Shown: positions 1 to 9,542 of the stretch, piece by piece
Layout: each line of letters starts with the position of its first letter
Position numbering within the stretch: the stretch's first letter is position 1
From: Alphaproteobacteria bacterium
Lineage (GTDB): Bacteria; Pseudomonadota; Alphaproteobacteria; JACAEB01
Length of the DNA stretch: 64,000 bases
Assembly (NCBI GenBank): GCA_013389075.1
Contig: JACAEB010000217.1
Location: 1,981 to 65,980, forward strand
Reading direction: 5' to 3'
Notes under the pieces: generated by a model
What the model was told of the DNA's origin: nothing
Database searches by the model: none
Seen by the model: the letters and a program-made list of their open reading frames with translations, nothing else
Made by a program: the position numbers and the translations under genes

Positions 1-1290
1 GTGCATGCGCGCTCACGCGCCCCGGCCTGGAGCGGGCTCCTCGCGGCCCGCATGACCGGCCGGCCCTTCGTCACCACCTATCACGGGACCTACCGGGCGG
101 GGAGCGCCCTCAAGCGCTGGTTCAATTCGGTGATGGTGCGCGGCGACAGCGTCATCGCCAATTCGCGTTTCATCGCCACGCGCATCGCCGCGACCTATCC
201 CCGCGCGCGGGGGCGCATCGTCACCATTCCGCGCGGCACGGACATGACCGTCTTCGATCCCGAGGCGGTCGCTCCGGGCCGCGTGACGGCCGTGCGGGAG
301 AGCTGGGGCCTGCCGCCCGAACGGGGCCTCTCGGACCCGGCCATCGTGCTCCTGCCCGGGCGCATCACGCGCTGGAAGGGCCAGGCGGTGCTCGCCGAGG
401 CGGTGGCGCGGCTCAACGCCCTCGGGCTCCGGGGCGGCGCGGACGGCGAGTTCATCTGCATCCTTGCGGGCGACGCGCAGAAGAACACCGACTACGAGCG
501 CGAGCTGCGCGGCCTCATCGAGGGCCTCGGCGTCGGCGACCAGATCCGCATCGTCGGCCATTGCGCGGACATGCCCGCCGCCTATCTCGCCGCCGATCTC
601 GTGCTCTCCACCTCGATCGAGCCCGAGGCCTTCGGGCGTGTCGCGGTCGAGGCACAGGCCATGGGCCGGCCGGTCATCGCCACCGACCATGGCGGCTCGC
701 GGGAGACCGTCGTTCCCCATGGCGAGGATTACGCGACCGGCTGGCGCATCGCGCCGGACGATCCGGACGCGCTGGCGCGGGCCCTGTCGGCGGCCCTCGC
801 CCTCGGGCCGGACGGCCGCCTCGCCATGGGGGTCCTCGGCCAGCTCCATGTCCGCGAGCGCTTCGCGCTCGAAACCATGTGCCGGGACACCATCGCCATC
901 TACCACGCGCTCGCCCATGCGCGGGGCACGCGGCGGGCGCTCGCGGTTCCCGGCGCGCGCGAGCGCGTCCTTCTCGTCGATGTCGGCGAGGGCGGCGCGG
1001 GCCTCGCCCGTCGGGCGGCCGCCATCCGCGCCGCCCACCCGGAGAGCGAGCTCACCGTCCTCACCTCGCCCGACCGGGCCGCCAGCGCCTGGGCGACGGC
1101 CGGGATCGATTCGGTGTGGCAGGACGGAACCCCCGGAAGCGCCCTCGGAGCGCTGCGGCTGCTGGGCCGGGCGCGGCGCCATCCCTTCCACGAGGTCTAT
1201 GACCTCACGGGCACGCGGGAGAGCCGCGGCCTCGTCCAGTTTCTCGGTGAGCCGCGCGCCCGACTGGAGTTGTCGGCCGAGGAGCGCTAA
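1..1290 (+). CDS. Glycosyltransferase family 4 (GT1-like), 5'-partial, with a C-terminal extension resembling the N-terminal half-domain of a GT9 heptosyltransferase
   Basis: ORF runs in from the window edge. GT4 motifs are present (EAFGRVAVEAQAMGRPVIATDHGGS; E-x7-E). The last ~110 aa (RVLLVDVGEGG...YDLTGTRESRGLVQFLGEPRAR) resemble the acceptor-side N-domain of ADP-heptose:LPS heptosyltransferases, then stop abruptly at TAA. Confidence 0.7.
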   Translation: MHARSRAPAWSGLLAARMTGRPFVTTYHGTYRAGSALKRWFNSVMVRGDSVIANSRFIATRIAATYPRARGRIVTIPRGTDMTVFDPEAVAPGRVTAVRESWGLPPERGLSDPAIVLLPGRITRWKGQAVLAEAVARLNALGLRGGADGEFICILAGDAQKNTDYERELRGLIEGLGVGDQIRIVGHCADMPAAYLAADLVLSTSIEPEAFGRVAVEAQAMGRPVIATDHGGSRETVVPHGEDYATGWRIAPDDPDALARALSAALALGPDGRLAMGVLGQLHVRERFALETMCRDTIAIYHALAHARGTRRALAVPGARERVLLVDVGEGGAGLARRAAAIRAAHPESELTVLTSPDRAASAWATAGIDSVWQDGTPGSALGALRLLGRARRHPFHEVYDLTGTRESRGLVQFLGEPRARLELSAEER

Positions 1291-1372
1291 GAGCTTGGGG
1301 GCGGAAGGCATCCGCGAGCGGGGGACGAGCGTGCCGGACGGACGGACGATCGAAAGTGTGAACGTGGTGTGC

Positions 1373-2074
1373 ATGAAGTGGGGCTCCGCCTACGGGCCCC
1401 GGGACGTGAACACGCTGCGGGCGATGGTCGGGCGCCACCTCGCCCTGCCCCACCGGTTCGTCTGCTTCACCGATGACGGCGCGGGCCTCGACCCCTCCAT
1501 CGAGGTCCAGCCCATGCCCCGGATCGAGGTGCCCGTCGAACGGCAGATCAGCCCCTGGCGCAAGATCGGCCTCTTCACGCCCGGGCTCGGCGGGCTCACG
1601 GGCCGCACACTCTTCCTCGATCTCGATGTCGTCATCGTCGGCGCCATCGATCCGCTCGTCACCTGGACCGACAAGGTGGGCATCGCCGAGAACTGGACCC
1701 AGCCCGGCGCGGGCGTGGGCAATTCATCCGTGTTCACCTATGACATCGACAAATACGCGTTCGTGCTCGACACCTACAACGCCACGCGCGGCACGCTCTT
1801 CGACACCTACCCCAATTCGCAGACCTTCATGTCGCGCACGCTGGGGCCGGAGAACATCGATTTCTTCCCGCCCGACTGGGTGGTGAGCTTCAAGCACAGC
1901 TGCATGCCCGGCGGGCTCCGGAGCTGGTTCGAGACGCCGCGACTGCCCGCCGGCGCGCGTGTCGTCGCCTTTCACGGCAATCCCAAGCCCCAGCACGCCA
2001 TCGAGGGACGCTATCCGGGCAAATGGTACAAGCATGTGCGGCGGACCCCCTGGGTCGCCGAACACTGGCGCTAG
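1373..2074 (+). CDS. Hypothetical protein, possible nucleotide-sugar transferase (DxD-like LDLDVV motif)
   Basis: ATG lies inside track ORF 464..2074, 82 nt after the preceding stop. The protein is 233 aa. LFLDLDVVIVG is a DxD-type motif. No confident family assignment from memory. Confidence 0.5.
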   Translation: MKWGSAYGPRDVNTLRAMVGRHLALPHRFVCFTDDGAGLDPSIEVQPMPRIEVPVERQISPWRKIGLFTPGLGGLTGRTLFLDLDVVIVGAIDPLVTWTDKVGIAENWTQPGAGVGNSSVFTYDIDKYAFVLDTYNATRGTLFDTYPNSQTFMSRTLGPENIDFFPPDWVVSFKHSCMPGGLRSWFETPRLPAGARVVAFHGNPKPQHAIEGRYPGKWYKHVRRTPWVAEHWR

Positions 2075-2139
2075 GCCGGATACCCGCGCCCGCGCAAGAC
2101 CGAATGCGGACACCACGATCCGCTGTATGGGAGGATGAC

Positions 2140-3102
2140 ATGCCGATGCCGCATCTGCGGGCCCTTGCCCCTGCCTGCCTCGTGACCTGCCTGCTTGCGA
2201 CCAGCCTCGCGGAACCCGTGCGCGGCGCCGAAGACTGGTACCCCTCGCCCTACGGCGCCGAGGACCGGCTCGGCGCGCTAAACAATCTGTCCACGGAGAA
2301 GACCCGCGCGGCCGCCGGTCTCGTCCGGGAGGGCAAGGTCTACGCCCTCGGCGTCATCACCGGCCGGACGACGCCCGCCTATCCGGGACGCGACTTCTCG
2401 CTGATCATGTATCCGCACGGGGACGGATCGGGCGCGGGCGTGGGGCCGGAGAATCTCGTCTCCAATGACGACTATCTTGCGACCTGGCTCGGCATCGGCA
2501 CGCAAATTGACGGCTTCGCCCATTTCGGCATCGGCCACCGCTACTACAACGGCGTGCCCGTGGCCGAGGTCTTCGACCGGGGCGGCGCCAAGCTCTTCGG
2601 CACCCATACGCTGCCGCCCATCGCCACGCGGGGGGTGCTGCTCGACATGGTCGCCCATTTCGGAGCCGATCCGGTGCCCGCCGGCACCGCCTTCAACCGC
2701 GCCGAGATCGAAGCGGCCGCATCGGCCCGGGGCATCAGCATCGGCAAGGGCGACGTCGTCCTCTTCCATACGGGCTGGCAGGCCATGGCCGCGAAGGATC
2801 CCGCGGGCTTCATCGCCGGCCAGCCGGGGCTGGGGCTCGAGGGCGCCCGCTATCTCGGCGATCTCGGCGTCGTGGCGATCGGCGCCGACACGGCGGCGCT
2901 CGAGGTCATCCCGTTCGAGGATCCGGACCGTCCGTTCCCGGTCCATCCCGAGCTTCTGACCCGGCGGGGCATCCACATTCTGGAGAACATCGACACGCGG
3001 GCCCTCGCCACGGACGGCGCGACCGACTTCCTCTTCGTGCTCGGCGTGCCGCGCTTCGAGGGTGCCGTGCAGATGGTGATCAATCCGGTCGCGATCCGCT
3101 AG
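2140..3102 (+). CDS. Cyclase family protein (kynurenine formamidase-like fold), secreted
   Basis: Start is MPMPHLRALAPACLVTCLLATSLA (signal peptide), preceded by GGGAGGA. Cyclase-family residues are present (HxGTHxD-like FAHFGIGHRYY... and HTGW). Confidence 0.75.
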   Translation: MPMPHLRALAPACLVTCLLATSLAEPVRGAEDWYPSPYGAEDRLGALNNLSTEKTRAAAGLVREGKVYALGVITGRTTPAYPGRDFSLIMYPHGDGSGAGVGPENLVSNDDYLATWLGIGTQIDGFAHFGIGHRYYNGVPVAEVFDRGGAKLFGTHTLPPIATRGVLLDMVAHFGADPVPAGTAFNRAEIEAAASARGISIGKGDVVLFHTGWQAMAAKDPAGFIAGQPGLGLEGARYLGDLGVVAIGADTAALEVIPFEDPDRPFPVHPELLTRRGIHILENIDTRALATDGATDFLFVLGVPRFEGAVQMVINPVAIR

Positions 3103-3126
3103 GCTCCGCCGGAAAGGAGAGACGCC

Positions 3127-4137
3127 ATGCCCGCACCGAAGCCGACCCCGGCCGCCTCGCGCACGGCCATCGGACACGTCCTGATCCTCGTCCTGATTCT
3201 CGCGGCGCCCTCGGCGCTTGCCGAGGACACATGGCTCTACAAGGCGGAGACCGGGCCCCATGCCGTTGCCGTCGCCGACGATCTCGGGCTCGCCGATGCC
3301 GCCCGGAACAAGACCATCCCCTACCGCGTCACCTATCCTTCGGACGCGGAGGGCACGCTTGCGGTCATCCTCTTTTCCCACGGGGCCTACGGATCGAAGT
3401 CGAATTACGTGCCGCTCGCCGGTCACTGGGCGAGCCATGGCTATGTGGTGATCCAGCCCACCCACGAAGACAGCGTCAGCCTCGGCAATCGCCTTGGCGA
3501 TCCGTCCGTGTTCACCGCGGAGATCTCGCAATCGCGCCCGCGCGACATCAGTGCCCTGATCGATGCGCTCGGCGACATCGGCGTGCCGGGGCTCGAGGGC
3601 CGGCTGGATCCGGACCGCATCGGCATGAGCGGGCATTCCTACGGCGCCGGCACGACGATGATGATCGCGGGGATGACTCTCTACAGCGCGGACGGGACCG
3701 AGCGCCTCAATCTCGGCGACCCGCGTGTCAAGGCCGCTGCGGTCCTGTCGGGCCAGGGACTGGGCGAGGGACGCACGAAGATCAGCTGGCAGAGCGTCAC
3801 CATGCCCCAGCTCGTCCTCACCGGCACGCGCGATCATTCGGGCCGCACCGGCGCCCCCTTCACCTGGCGGACCGAGCCCTTCTTCTACGGGCCGGACGAG
3901 CGGAACTACCTTTTCATCGTGGAAGGCGCCGATCACGGCTTTGGCGGCATCGCGAGCGCCAGCGAGTCGCTCGAGGGACGGCGCCCGCCCAATCCCGAGC
4001 ATGTGCGCTACGTGGAATCCGTCACGACCGCCTTCTTCGACGCCTGGCTGAACGGCTCGCAGGACGCCTGGGCCTTCTTCGACGAGGCCCGCGTCAATGG
4101 CGGATCGGAGGGTGCCGTGACGCTCGACGTGCGCTGA
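3127..4137 (+). CDS. Secreted alpha/beta hydrolase (dienelactone hydrolase / PAF-acetylhydrolase-like esterase)
   Basis: Signal peptide. GxSxG nucleophile elbow [22 protein letters not shown] upstream. Confidence 0.7.
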   Translation: MPAPKPTPAASRTAIGHVLILVLILAAPSALAEDTWLYKAETGPHAVAVADDLGLADAARNKTIPYRVTYPSDAEGTLAVILFSHGAYGSKSNYVPLAGHWASHGYVVIQPTHEDSVSLGNRLGDPSVFTAEISQSRPRDISALIDALGDIGVPGLEGRLDPDRIGMSGHSYGAGTTMMIAGMTLYSADGTERLNLGDPRVKAAAVLSGQGLGEGRTKISWQSVTMPQLVLTGTRDHSGRTGAPFTWRTEPFFYGPDERNYLFIVEGADHGFGGIASASESLEGRRPPNPEHVRYVESVTTAFFDAWLNGSQDAWAFFDEARVNGGSEGAVTLDVR

Positions 4138-4145
4138 GGGGACGG

Positions 4146-4171
4146 CGGGCGGCTTTGCCTGCCGCCCGCGC
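4146..4171 (+). terminator. GC-rich hairpin (GGCGGGCGGC-tttgcct-GCCGCCCGC) between the hydrolase gene and thrS; possible terminator or thrS leader element
   Basis: Perfect 9-10 bp inverted repeat with no clear T-tract, which is usual for high-GC genomes. Confidence 0.35.
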
Positions 4172-4219
4172 AATTGCTACATAGGCGCTCCCTTTCGATC
4201 ATCCGGAGTGTGTGCCGCC

Positions 4220-6211
4220 ATGTCCGCCCCCGCCGCCCCCGCCTCAGAGGTTCGCCTGACGCTGCCCGATGGCAGCGTCCGCACCTATGGCGCGGGCGTG
4301 ACCGCCGGCAGGGTGGCGGCCGATATCGGGCCGGGCCTTGCGAAGGCGGCCATGGCCGCGCGCTTCGAAGGGACGCTGATCGACCTCGACCGGCCGCTGA
4401 CGCGGAGCGGCCGGCTCGCCATCGTCACGCGGAAGGACGAGGCGGACGCGCTCGAGCTGATCCGGCATGATTGCGCCCACCTTCTCGCCCAGGCGGTGCA
4501 GGCGCTCTTTCCCGGCACGCAGGTCACGATCGGCCCCGTGATCGAGGACGGCTTCTATTACGATTTCGCCCGCAACGAGCCCTTCTCGGTCGAGGATTTC
4601 GAGGCGATCGAGGCGAAGATGCGCGCGCTCGTCGATGCGGATCTGCCGACCCGGCGCGAGGTCTGGGACCGCGATGCCGCCATCGCCCATTTCGAGAAGC
4701 TGGGCGAGAGCTACAAGGCCGAGATCATCGCCGATCTGCCCGCGGGCGAGGACATCAGCGTCTATTTCCATGGCGACTGGCACGATCTCTGCCGGGGTCC
4801 GCATCTTCCGTCCACGAAGCACATCGGCAAGGCGTTCAAGCTGACGAAGCTCGCCGGCGCCTACTGGCGGGGGGATGCGCGCAACGCCCAGCTCCAGCGC
4901 ATCTACGGCACGGCCTGGCGCGAGGAGAAGGAGCTCGCCGCCTATCTTCACCGGATCGAGGAGGCCGAGAAGCGCGATCACCGGCGCATCGGCCGCGAGA
5001 TGGACCTTTTCCACTTCCAGGAGGAGGCGCAGGGTTCGGTCTTCTGGCACCCCAAGGGCTATGTGCTCTGGCGTCAGCTCGAGGCCTATATCCGGCGCCG
5101 GCAGGACGAGGACGGCTATGTCGAGGTGAAGACGCCCCAGCTCCTCGCCTCGAAGTTCTGGGAACAGTCCGGCCACTGGTCCAAGTTCCGCGAGAACATG
5201 TTCGTGGTGCCCGACGAGATCCCCTCCACCGAGGAGGGCGCGCCGCTCGTCACGGGCCAGGGGCAGATGATGGCGCTCAAGCCCATGAACTGCCCGGCCC
5301 ATGTCCAGATCTTCAAGCAGGGCATCAAGTCCTATCGCGACCTGCCGATCCGCATGTCCGAATTCGGCTGCTGCCACCGCAACGAGGCCCATGGCGCGCT
5401 GCACGGGCTGATGCGTGTGCGGCAGATGACGCAGGACGACGCGCACATCTTCTGCCGCGACGATCAGGTCACGGACGAAACCCTCCGCTTTCTGAGGCTG
5501 TTCGCCCGCGTCTATGGCGATTTCGGGCTGACCGACATCTCCTACCGTCTCGCGACGCGGCCCGAGGTGCGGGCCGGGTCGGACGACGTCTGGGACCGGG
5601 CCGAGGCCTCGCTCGCCCGGGCGCTCGACGCGGCGGGGCTCAGCTACGCGATCGCGGAGGGCGAAGGCGCCTTCTACGGGCCCAAGCTCGAATTCCATCT
5701 CACCGACGCCATCGGCCGGAGCTGGCAGTGCGGCACCTTCCAGCTCGACTATGTCCTGCCCGAACGGCTCGACGTCACCTATGTGGGCGAGGACGGCCAG
5801 CGCCACCGGCCGGTGATGCTGCACCGGGCGGTCTTCGGCACGTTCGAGCGCTTTGCGGGGCTGCTCATCGAGCATTTCGCCGGCCGCTTCCCGCTCTGGC
5901 TGGCGCCGGTGCAGGTGGCCGTGGCGACCATCACCTCGGACGCCGATTCGTATGCGCAGGCCCTCTCGGGCCGGCTCCGGGCGGCGGGTTTGCGCGTGGA
6001 GACCGACCTCAGGAACGAGAAAATCACCTACAAGGTGCGCGAGCACAGCCTCGCCAAGACCCCGATTCTGCTGGTCGTCGGGCGCAAGGAGGCGGCCGAA
6101 GGCACCGTCTCCCTGCGCCGGCTGGGCTCCCCGGACCAGGAAGTCCTTGCCAGCGAGGCGGCAATTGCCCAAATTACGCGCGAGGCGGCGCCACCCGACA
6201 GGGCGGCGTGA
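4220..6211 (+). CDS. thrS: Threonine--tRNA ligase
   Basis: Full-length class II aaRS: TGS-like N-terminus, editing domain, catalytic core (HRxE, motif 2/3) and anticodon-binding C-terminus. ATG at 4220 inside track ORF 4208..6211. Confidence 0.95.
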   Translation: MSAPAAPASEVRLTLPDGSVRTYGAGVTAGRVAADIGPGLAKAAMAARFEGTLIDLDRPLTRSGRLAIVTRKDEADALELIRHDCAHLLAQAVQALFPGTQVTIGPVIEDGFYYDFARNEPFSVEDFEAIEAKMRALVDADLPTRREVWDRDAAIAHFEKLGESYKAEIIADLPAGEDISVYFHGDWHDLCRGPHLPSTKHIGKAFKLTKLAGAYWRGDARNAQLQRIYGTAWREEKELAAYLHRIEEAEKRDHRRIGREMDLFHFQEEAQGSVFWHPKGYVLWRQLEAYIRRRQDEDGYVEVKTPQLLASKFWEQSGHWSKFRENMFVVPDEIPSTEEGAPLVTGQGQMMALKPMNCPAHVQIFKQGIKSYRDLPIRMSEFGCCHRNEAHGALHGLMRVRQMTQDDAHIFCRDDQVTDETLRFLRLFARVYGDFGLTDISYRLATRPEVRAGSDDVWDRAEASLARALDAAGLSYAIAEGEGAFYGPKLEFHLTDAIGRSWQCGTFQLDYVLPERLDVTYVGEDGQRHRPVMLHRAVFGTFERFAGLLIEHFAGRFPLWLAPVQVAVATITSDADSYAQALSGRLRAAGLRVETDLRNEKITYKVREHSLAKTPILLVVGRKEAAEGTVSLRRLGSPDQEVLASEAAIAQITREAAPPDRAA

Positions 6212-6467
6212 GACCTCGTGGCCGGCCGGCCGGTGTTCTGCCAGGATGGCGCATCCACGCAGGCACAGGCCCGCCGGACGGGCTGTGGGGGCCTTCGCAA
6301 ACGTCACCGACAGGATCGACGCTTTGAGGAACCCGCAGCTTCAACTGTGGATTAACCAAGGCTGTCGCATGGTCGGGCCGTCCGAGGCGGCCGGCGACGG
6401 GACGGACCGGCGCAAGATGCGCCCGTCCTCCGCGCCCTGAGGCAGCCCTACAGAGGAGGCGACGGAC

Positions 6468-7022
6468 ATAGCGCGCAGACCACACAATGCGAAGCCCCCG
6501 GTTCGTGACGACGGGCCTCGTGTCAATGACGAGATCACGGCCCGCGAAGTGCTGCTGATCGACGAGCAAGGCGAAAAGCGCGGCGTCGTCCCCATCGGGG
6601 AGGCATTGGCCGCCGCCGAACAGGCTGGACTCGACCTCGTCGAGATCGCCGCCGGCTCTTCCCCTCCCGTCTGCAAGCTGCTCGACTACGGGAAGTACAA
6701 GTTCCAGGCCCAGAAAAAGGCGGCCGAGGCCCGTAAGAAGCAGAAGGTCGTGGAGGTCAAGGAAATCAAGATGCGTCCGAACATCGACAAGCACGACTAC
6801 GATGTGAAGATGCGCTCCATCCAGAAATTCTTCGAGGAAGGCGACAAGGTGAAAGTCACCCTGCGCTTCCGCGGCCGCGAACTGGCGCACCAGGATCTGG
6901 GTTACCAGCTCCTGCGCCGGGTGGAGGCTGATGTCGAGGGACTGGGCAAGGTGGAAATGTCGCCCCGGCTCGAGGGGCGGCAAATGGTCATGGTGATGGC
7001 GCCGACCCGGCCGCACGCCTGA
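6468..7022 (+). CDS. infC: Translation initiation factor IF-3, starting at a non-canonical ATA codon
   Basis: Track ORF begins at GTG 6549, but the conserved IF3 N-terminus (…[19 protein letters not shown]…) continues in frame upstream to ATA 6468-6470, which sits 8 nt after GAGGAGG. An atypical AUU/AUA start is the established autoregulatory feature of infC. Confidence 0.8.
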   Translation: MARRPHNAKPPVRDDGPRVNDEITAREVLLIDEQGEKRGVVPIGEALAAAEQAGLDLVEIAAGSSPPVCKLLDYGKYKFQAQKKAAEARKKQKVVEVKEIKMRPNIDKHDYDVKMRSIQKFFEEGDKVKVTLRFRGRELAHQDLGYQLLRRVEADVEGLGKVEMSPRLEGRQMVMVMAPTRPHA

Positions 7023-7048
7023 CCGCCGCCCCCGACCCGATCCTGACA

Positions 7049-7085
7049 AAGCGCGAGGCTCCCCGCCTCGCGCTTTTGTGCTTTC
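7049..7085 (+). terminator. Rho-independent terminator after infC
   Basis: AAAGCGCGAGGC-tcccc-GCCTCGCGCTTTTGTGCTTT: a perfect GC stem followed by a T-tract. Confidence 0.8.
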
Positions 7086-7184
7086 CGGGGAGGTCGCGCC
7101 TCACCATGGTTGAAGGGCCATCGGAACCGCGCTAGAAGCTCGCCTTCCACTCGAGCGTCGGCCCCCGCGCCGACGACCCGGCAC

Positions 7185-7274
7185 GGAGAGGTGGCTGAGT
7201 GGTTGAAAGCACCGCACTCGAAATGCGGCATACTCGCAAGGGTATCGGGGGTTCGAATCCCCCCCTCTCCGCCA
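7185..7274 (+). tRNA. tRNA-Ser (anticodon CGA)
   Basis: 90-nt cloverleaf. Acceptor GGAGAGG/CCTCTCC+G+CCA. Anticodon stem CCGCA/TGCGG with loop CTCGAAA gives anticodon CGA. Long variable arm. T-arm GGGGG-TTCGAAT-CCCCC. Confidence 0.9.
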
Positions 7275-7285
7275 GTTGAGTCCCC

Positions 7286-8776
7286 TCACAGATCCATCAC
7301 CGCGTCGACGTCCTTCGGCAGCGGCTTGGGCCGTTCGGCGAGGGAGAGGCCGACGAACAGGATCAGCGAGCACAGGAAGGCGAGATAGCCGCCATTGACG
7401 CCATAGGGCGTGGGCAGACGGAAGAGCTCGATCCCGAAATTGACGATGAGGCTCACCGAGATCGCCGCGATGGCCGCGCGGGCGCTTGCGCGCTTCCAGT
7501 TGAGCCCGATCGCGACGACGGGGAAGATCGCCGCCGCGAAGGTGCCCCAGCCAAAGGCGCCAAGAAGAGCCACGAGCCGGTCATTGGCGAGGAGCGCCAC
7601 GCCGAAGGCGACGAGCGCGAGTGCAATCGTCGCCCAGCGTGCCCAGTAGAGCTCGTTGCCGATCGGCCGTCCACGGATGGCCTTGGGGATGTCGTGGATG
7701 ATCGCCGCCGCACCGATGTTGAGGAACGAGTCCCCCGTCGACATGATCGCGGCGAAGAGCCCGGCGAAGACGACGCCGGCAAGGAGCGGATGGGCGAAGA
7801 GGTTGAGAAAGGCCGGCGCCGCATCGTCCGGCGCGCCGAGCGGCGCCTCGACCCCGCCTACGACCGCTGCCCGCATCACGACACCCACCGACACCCACAG
7901 GAGCGCGGCCATGGCATAGCCCCCGATGGCGAGCGGGAGGATGACCCGATTGTCCGTCAGCCGACGGTTCATCATCATCTTGGTGACGAGATGGGGCTGT
8001 CCCGCAAGACCGAGCCCGAAGAGAAAGAACCAGGCAAGGCATCCCAGCATGCCGAGCGTGCCATAGGGCATGATCGATTCGGGATCGTCCGCGAGCAGAA
8101 TCGAGGAGGCCTCCGTGAAGCCGCCGTCGAAGACGGTCGCCGCCGTGAACACGACGAGCACCCCCGCCGCGATCATCACGAGCCCCTGCACGAGATCGGT
8201 GTAGACGCCCGCGATCATGCCGCCCGTGACCGAATAGAAGATGAGGACCGCCGAGGAGAGCGCCGCGCAGGTGATGAGGCCGATCCCCGCGAAGAGCTCC
8301 GTCCCCCCGAGGATCGACTGCAGCACCGTGGCCATGGCGAGGATCTGCGTCGCGAGATAGCCGAGCACGCCGAGCAGGATGGCGATGCCGGTGAGAAGGC
8401 GCGCCGTCTCGCTCGAATAGCGCGCGGCGACGATGTCGGGCAGCGAGACCGTGTCGCGCAGCTCGGCCAGCATGCGGATGCGCTTGGCGACGAGGAAGAA
8501 GCCGAGCGCGTAGCCGAGGGCCGAGATGTTGATCATCCACACCGAGCTGAGGCCCAGCGAATAGACGAGGCCCGGCCCGCCGACGAAGCCAAAGCCCGAC
8601 AGCGTGCTCGAGAAGACCGCCATGCCGACGATCAGCGGACCGAGATTGCGGCCCGCCACTAAGAAGTCGCCCACCGATTTCGTCCGGCCGACGGCCCAGA
8701 TGCCGATGCCGACGCACAGGGCCATGTAGGTGAACACCGAGCCGAGCAGGATCTCTTCGCGCCAGGCCTCCATCAC
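7286..8776 (-). CDS. Sodium:solute symporter (SSS family) large subunit
   Basis: 496-aa polytopic membrane protein with SSS-family signature regions. ATGA overlap with the upstream small membrane protein. Confidence 0.85.
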   Translation of the reverse strand: MMEAWREEILLGSVFTYMALCVGIGIWAVGRTKSVGDFLVAGRNLGPLIVGMAVFSSTLSGFGFVGGPGLVYSLGLSSVWMINISALGYALGFFLVAKRIRMLAELRDTVSLPDIVAARYSSETARLLTGIAILLGVLGYLATQILAMATVLQSILGGTELFAGIGLITCAALSSAVLIFYSVTGGMIAGVYTDLVQGLVMIAAGVLVVFTAATVFDGGFTEASSILLADDPESIMPYGTLGMLGCLAWFFLFGLGLAGQPHLVTKMMMNRRLTDNRVILPLAIGGYAMAALLWVSVGVVMRAAVVGGVEAPLGAPDDAAPAFLNLFAHPLLAGVVFAGLFAAIMSTGDSFLNIGAAAIIHDIPKAIRGRPIGNELYWARWATIALALVAFGVALLANDRLVALLGAFGWGTFAAAIFPVVAIGLNWKRASARAAIAAISVSLIVNFGIELFRLPTPYGVNGGYLAFLCSLILFVGLSLAERPKPLPKDVDAVMDL

Positions 8777-9303
8777 ATGCCCCCCCGGGTCCGGCGCCGT
8801 TCGGCGAGGAGGGCCTCGAAGCGGGCCTCATCCTCCCGCGTGAGGACGAAGCGGCGGAAACCGAAGACATAAAGACCCACGAGGATCAGAGCCGAACTCC
8901 ACACCCCGTAGATCATCCAGGCGCTGGGCGTCGGAAACCCGAGGAAGAAGGAGGTCTCGCTGCTCTGAAGATAGTGCCGATAGCTCGTATTGATCTGTAT
9001 CCAGACGAAGAGCGCGAGGCCCGCATAGAGGAGAAGGCCCGCCCAGAAGCCTTTCGAGCGCAGACGCCTTGGCACGCTCATGACCACGAGAAGCCCCACG
9101 AAGCCGATGGTCAGGCATTGCAGGAGGAACCCCGCAAAGGCGATCGGCTCCCACCGCGCGGCACCGTCGCCGCCGATGCGCATGCCCGCTATCTCGGGGG
9201 GGCCGGCGCCGGCCGAGCCGGCGATCTCGGGGGTCAGAAGTGCCATGGCAAGCAGCCCGGCAATGCCGAGCAGCAGGGCCAGCACCAGGAGGCCGCTTCG
9301 CAT
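8773..9303 (-). CDS. Small membrane protein; putative SSS-symporter small subunit (DUF4212-like)
   Basis: 176 aa with two TM segments, start MRSGLL preceded by GGGAGAGGG. Translationally coupled to the symporter. Confidence 0.6.
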   Translation of the reverse strand: MRSGLLVLALLLGIAGLLAMALLTPEIAGSAGAGPPEIAGMRIGGDGAARWEPIAFAGFLLQCLTIGFVGLLVVMSVPRRLRSKGFWAGLLLYAGLALFVWIQINTSYRHYLQSSETSFFLGFPTPSAWMIYGVWSSALILVGLYVFGFRRFVLTREDEARFEALLAERRRTRGGM

Positions 9304-9542
9304 ATCCCTCTCCCTCGCCGCGCCTCGTCTTGTCTGGGCCTCGCCGTCGCGCGGCTGCCGGTCTGCCCCAGAGGTTTCAACGCGGCAGCCCGTCCGTCGC
9401 CGACGCGGACCAGCCCGCGCGCCCGGTGGCCTCTCCACCTGCGGATGTATACGATATTCGTCGATTCCGGCCCCTGGCCCTGTGGCTTGCCACGGGCCCG
9501 CGCTCGTTATGCTTGCTGCTTCGCGCGCAGCGAGGAGCAAGA

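Noticed and set aside
3100-3129. Possible read-through fusion of the cyclase and the alpha/beta hydrolase: the TAG stop at 3100-3102 is in frame with the ATG at 3127
   Set aside because: A one-in-three coincidence. The hydrolase has its own RBS (AAAGGAGAG) and its own signal peptide, which marks an independent secreted protein.
4244-6307. Very long antisense ORFs, for example 4244..6307(-), 45702..48854(+), 50511..53717(+), 36305..37000(-) and 19112..20746(-)
   Set aside because: Arg/Ala/Gly/Pro-rich translations lying opposite well-supported genes (thrS, ileS, ydbH, ligD). These are the usual stop-codon-poor shadow ORFs of a ~70% GC genome.
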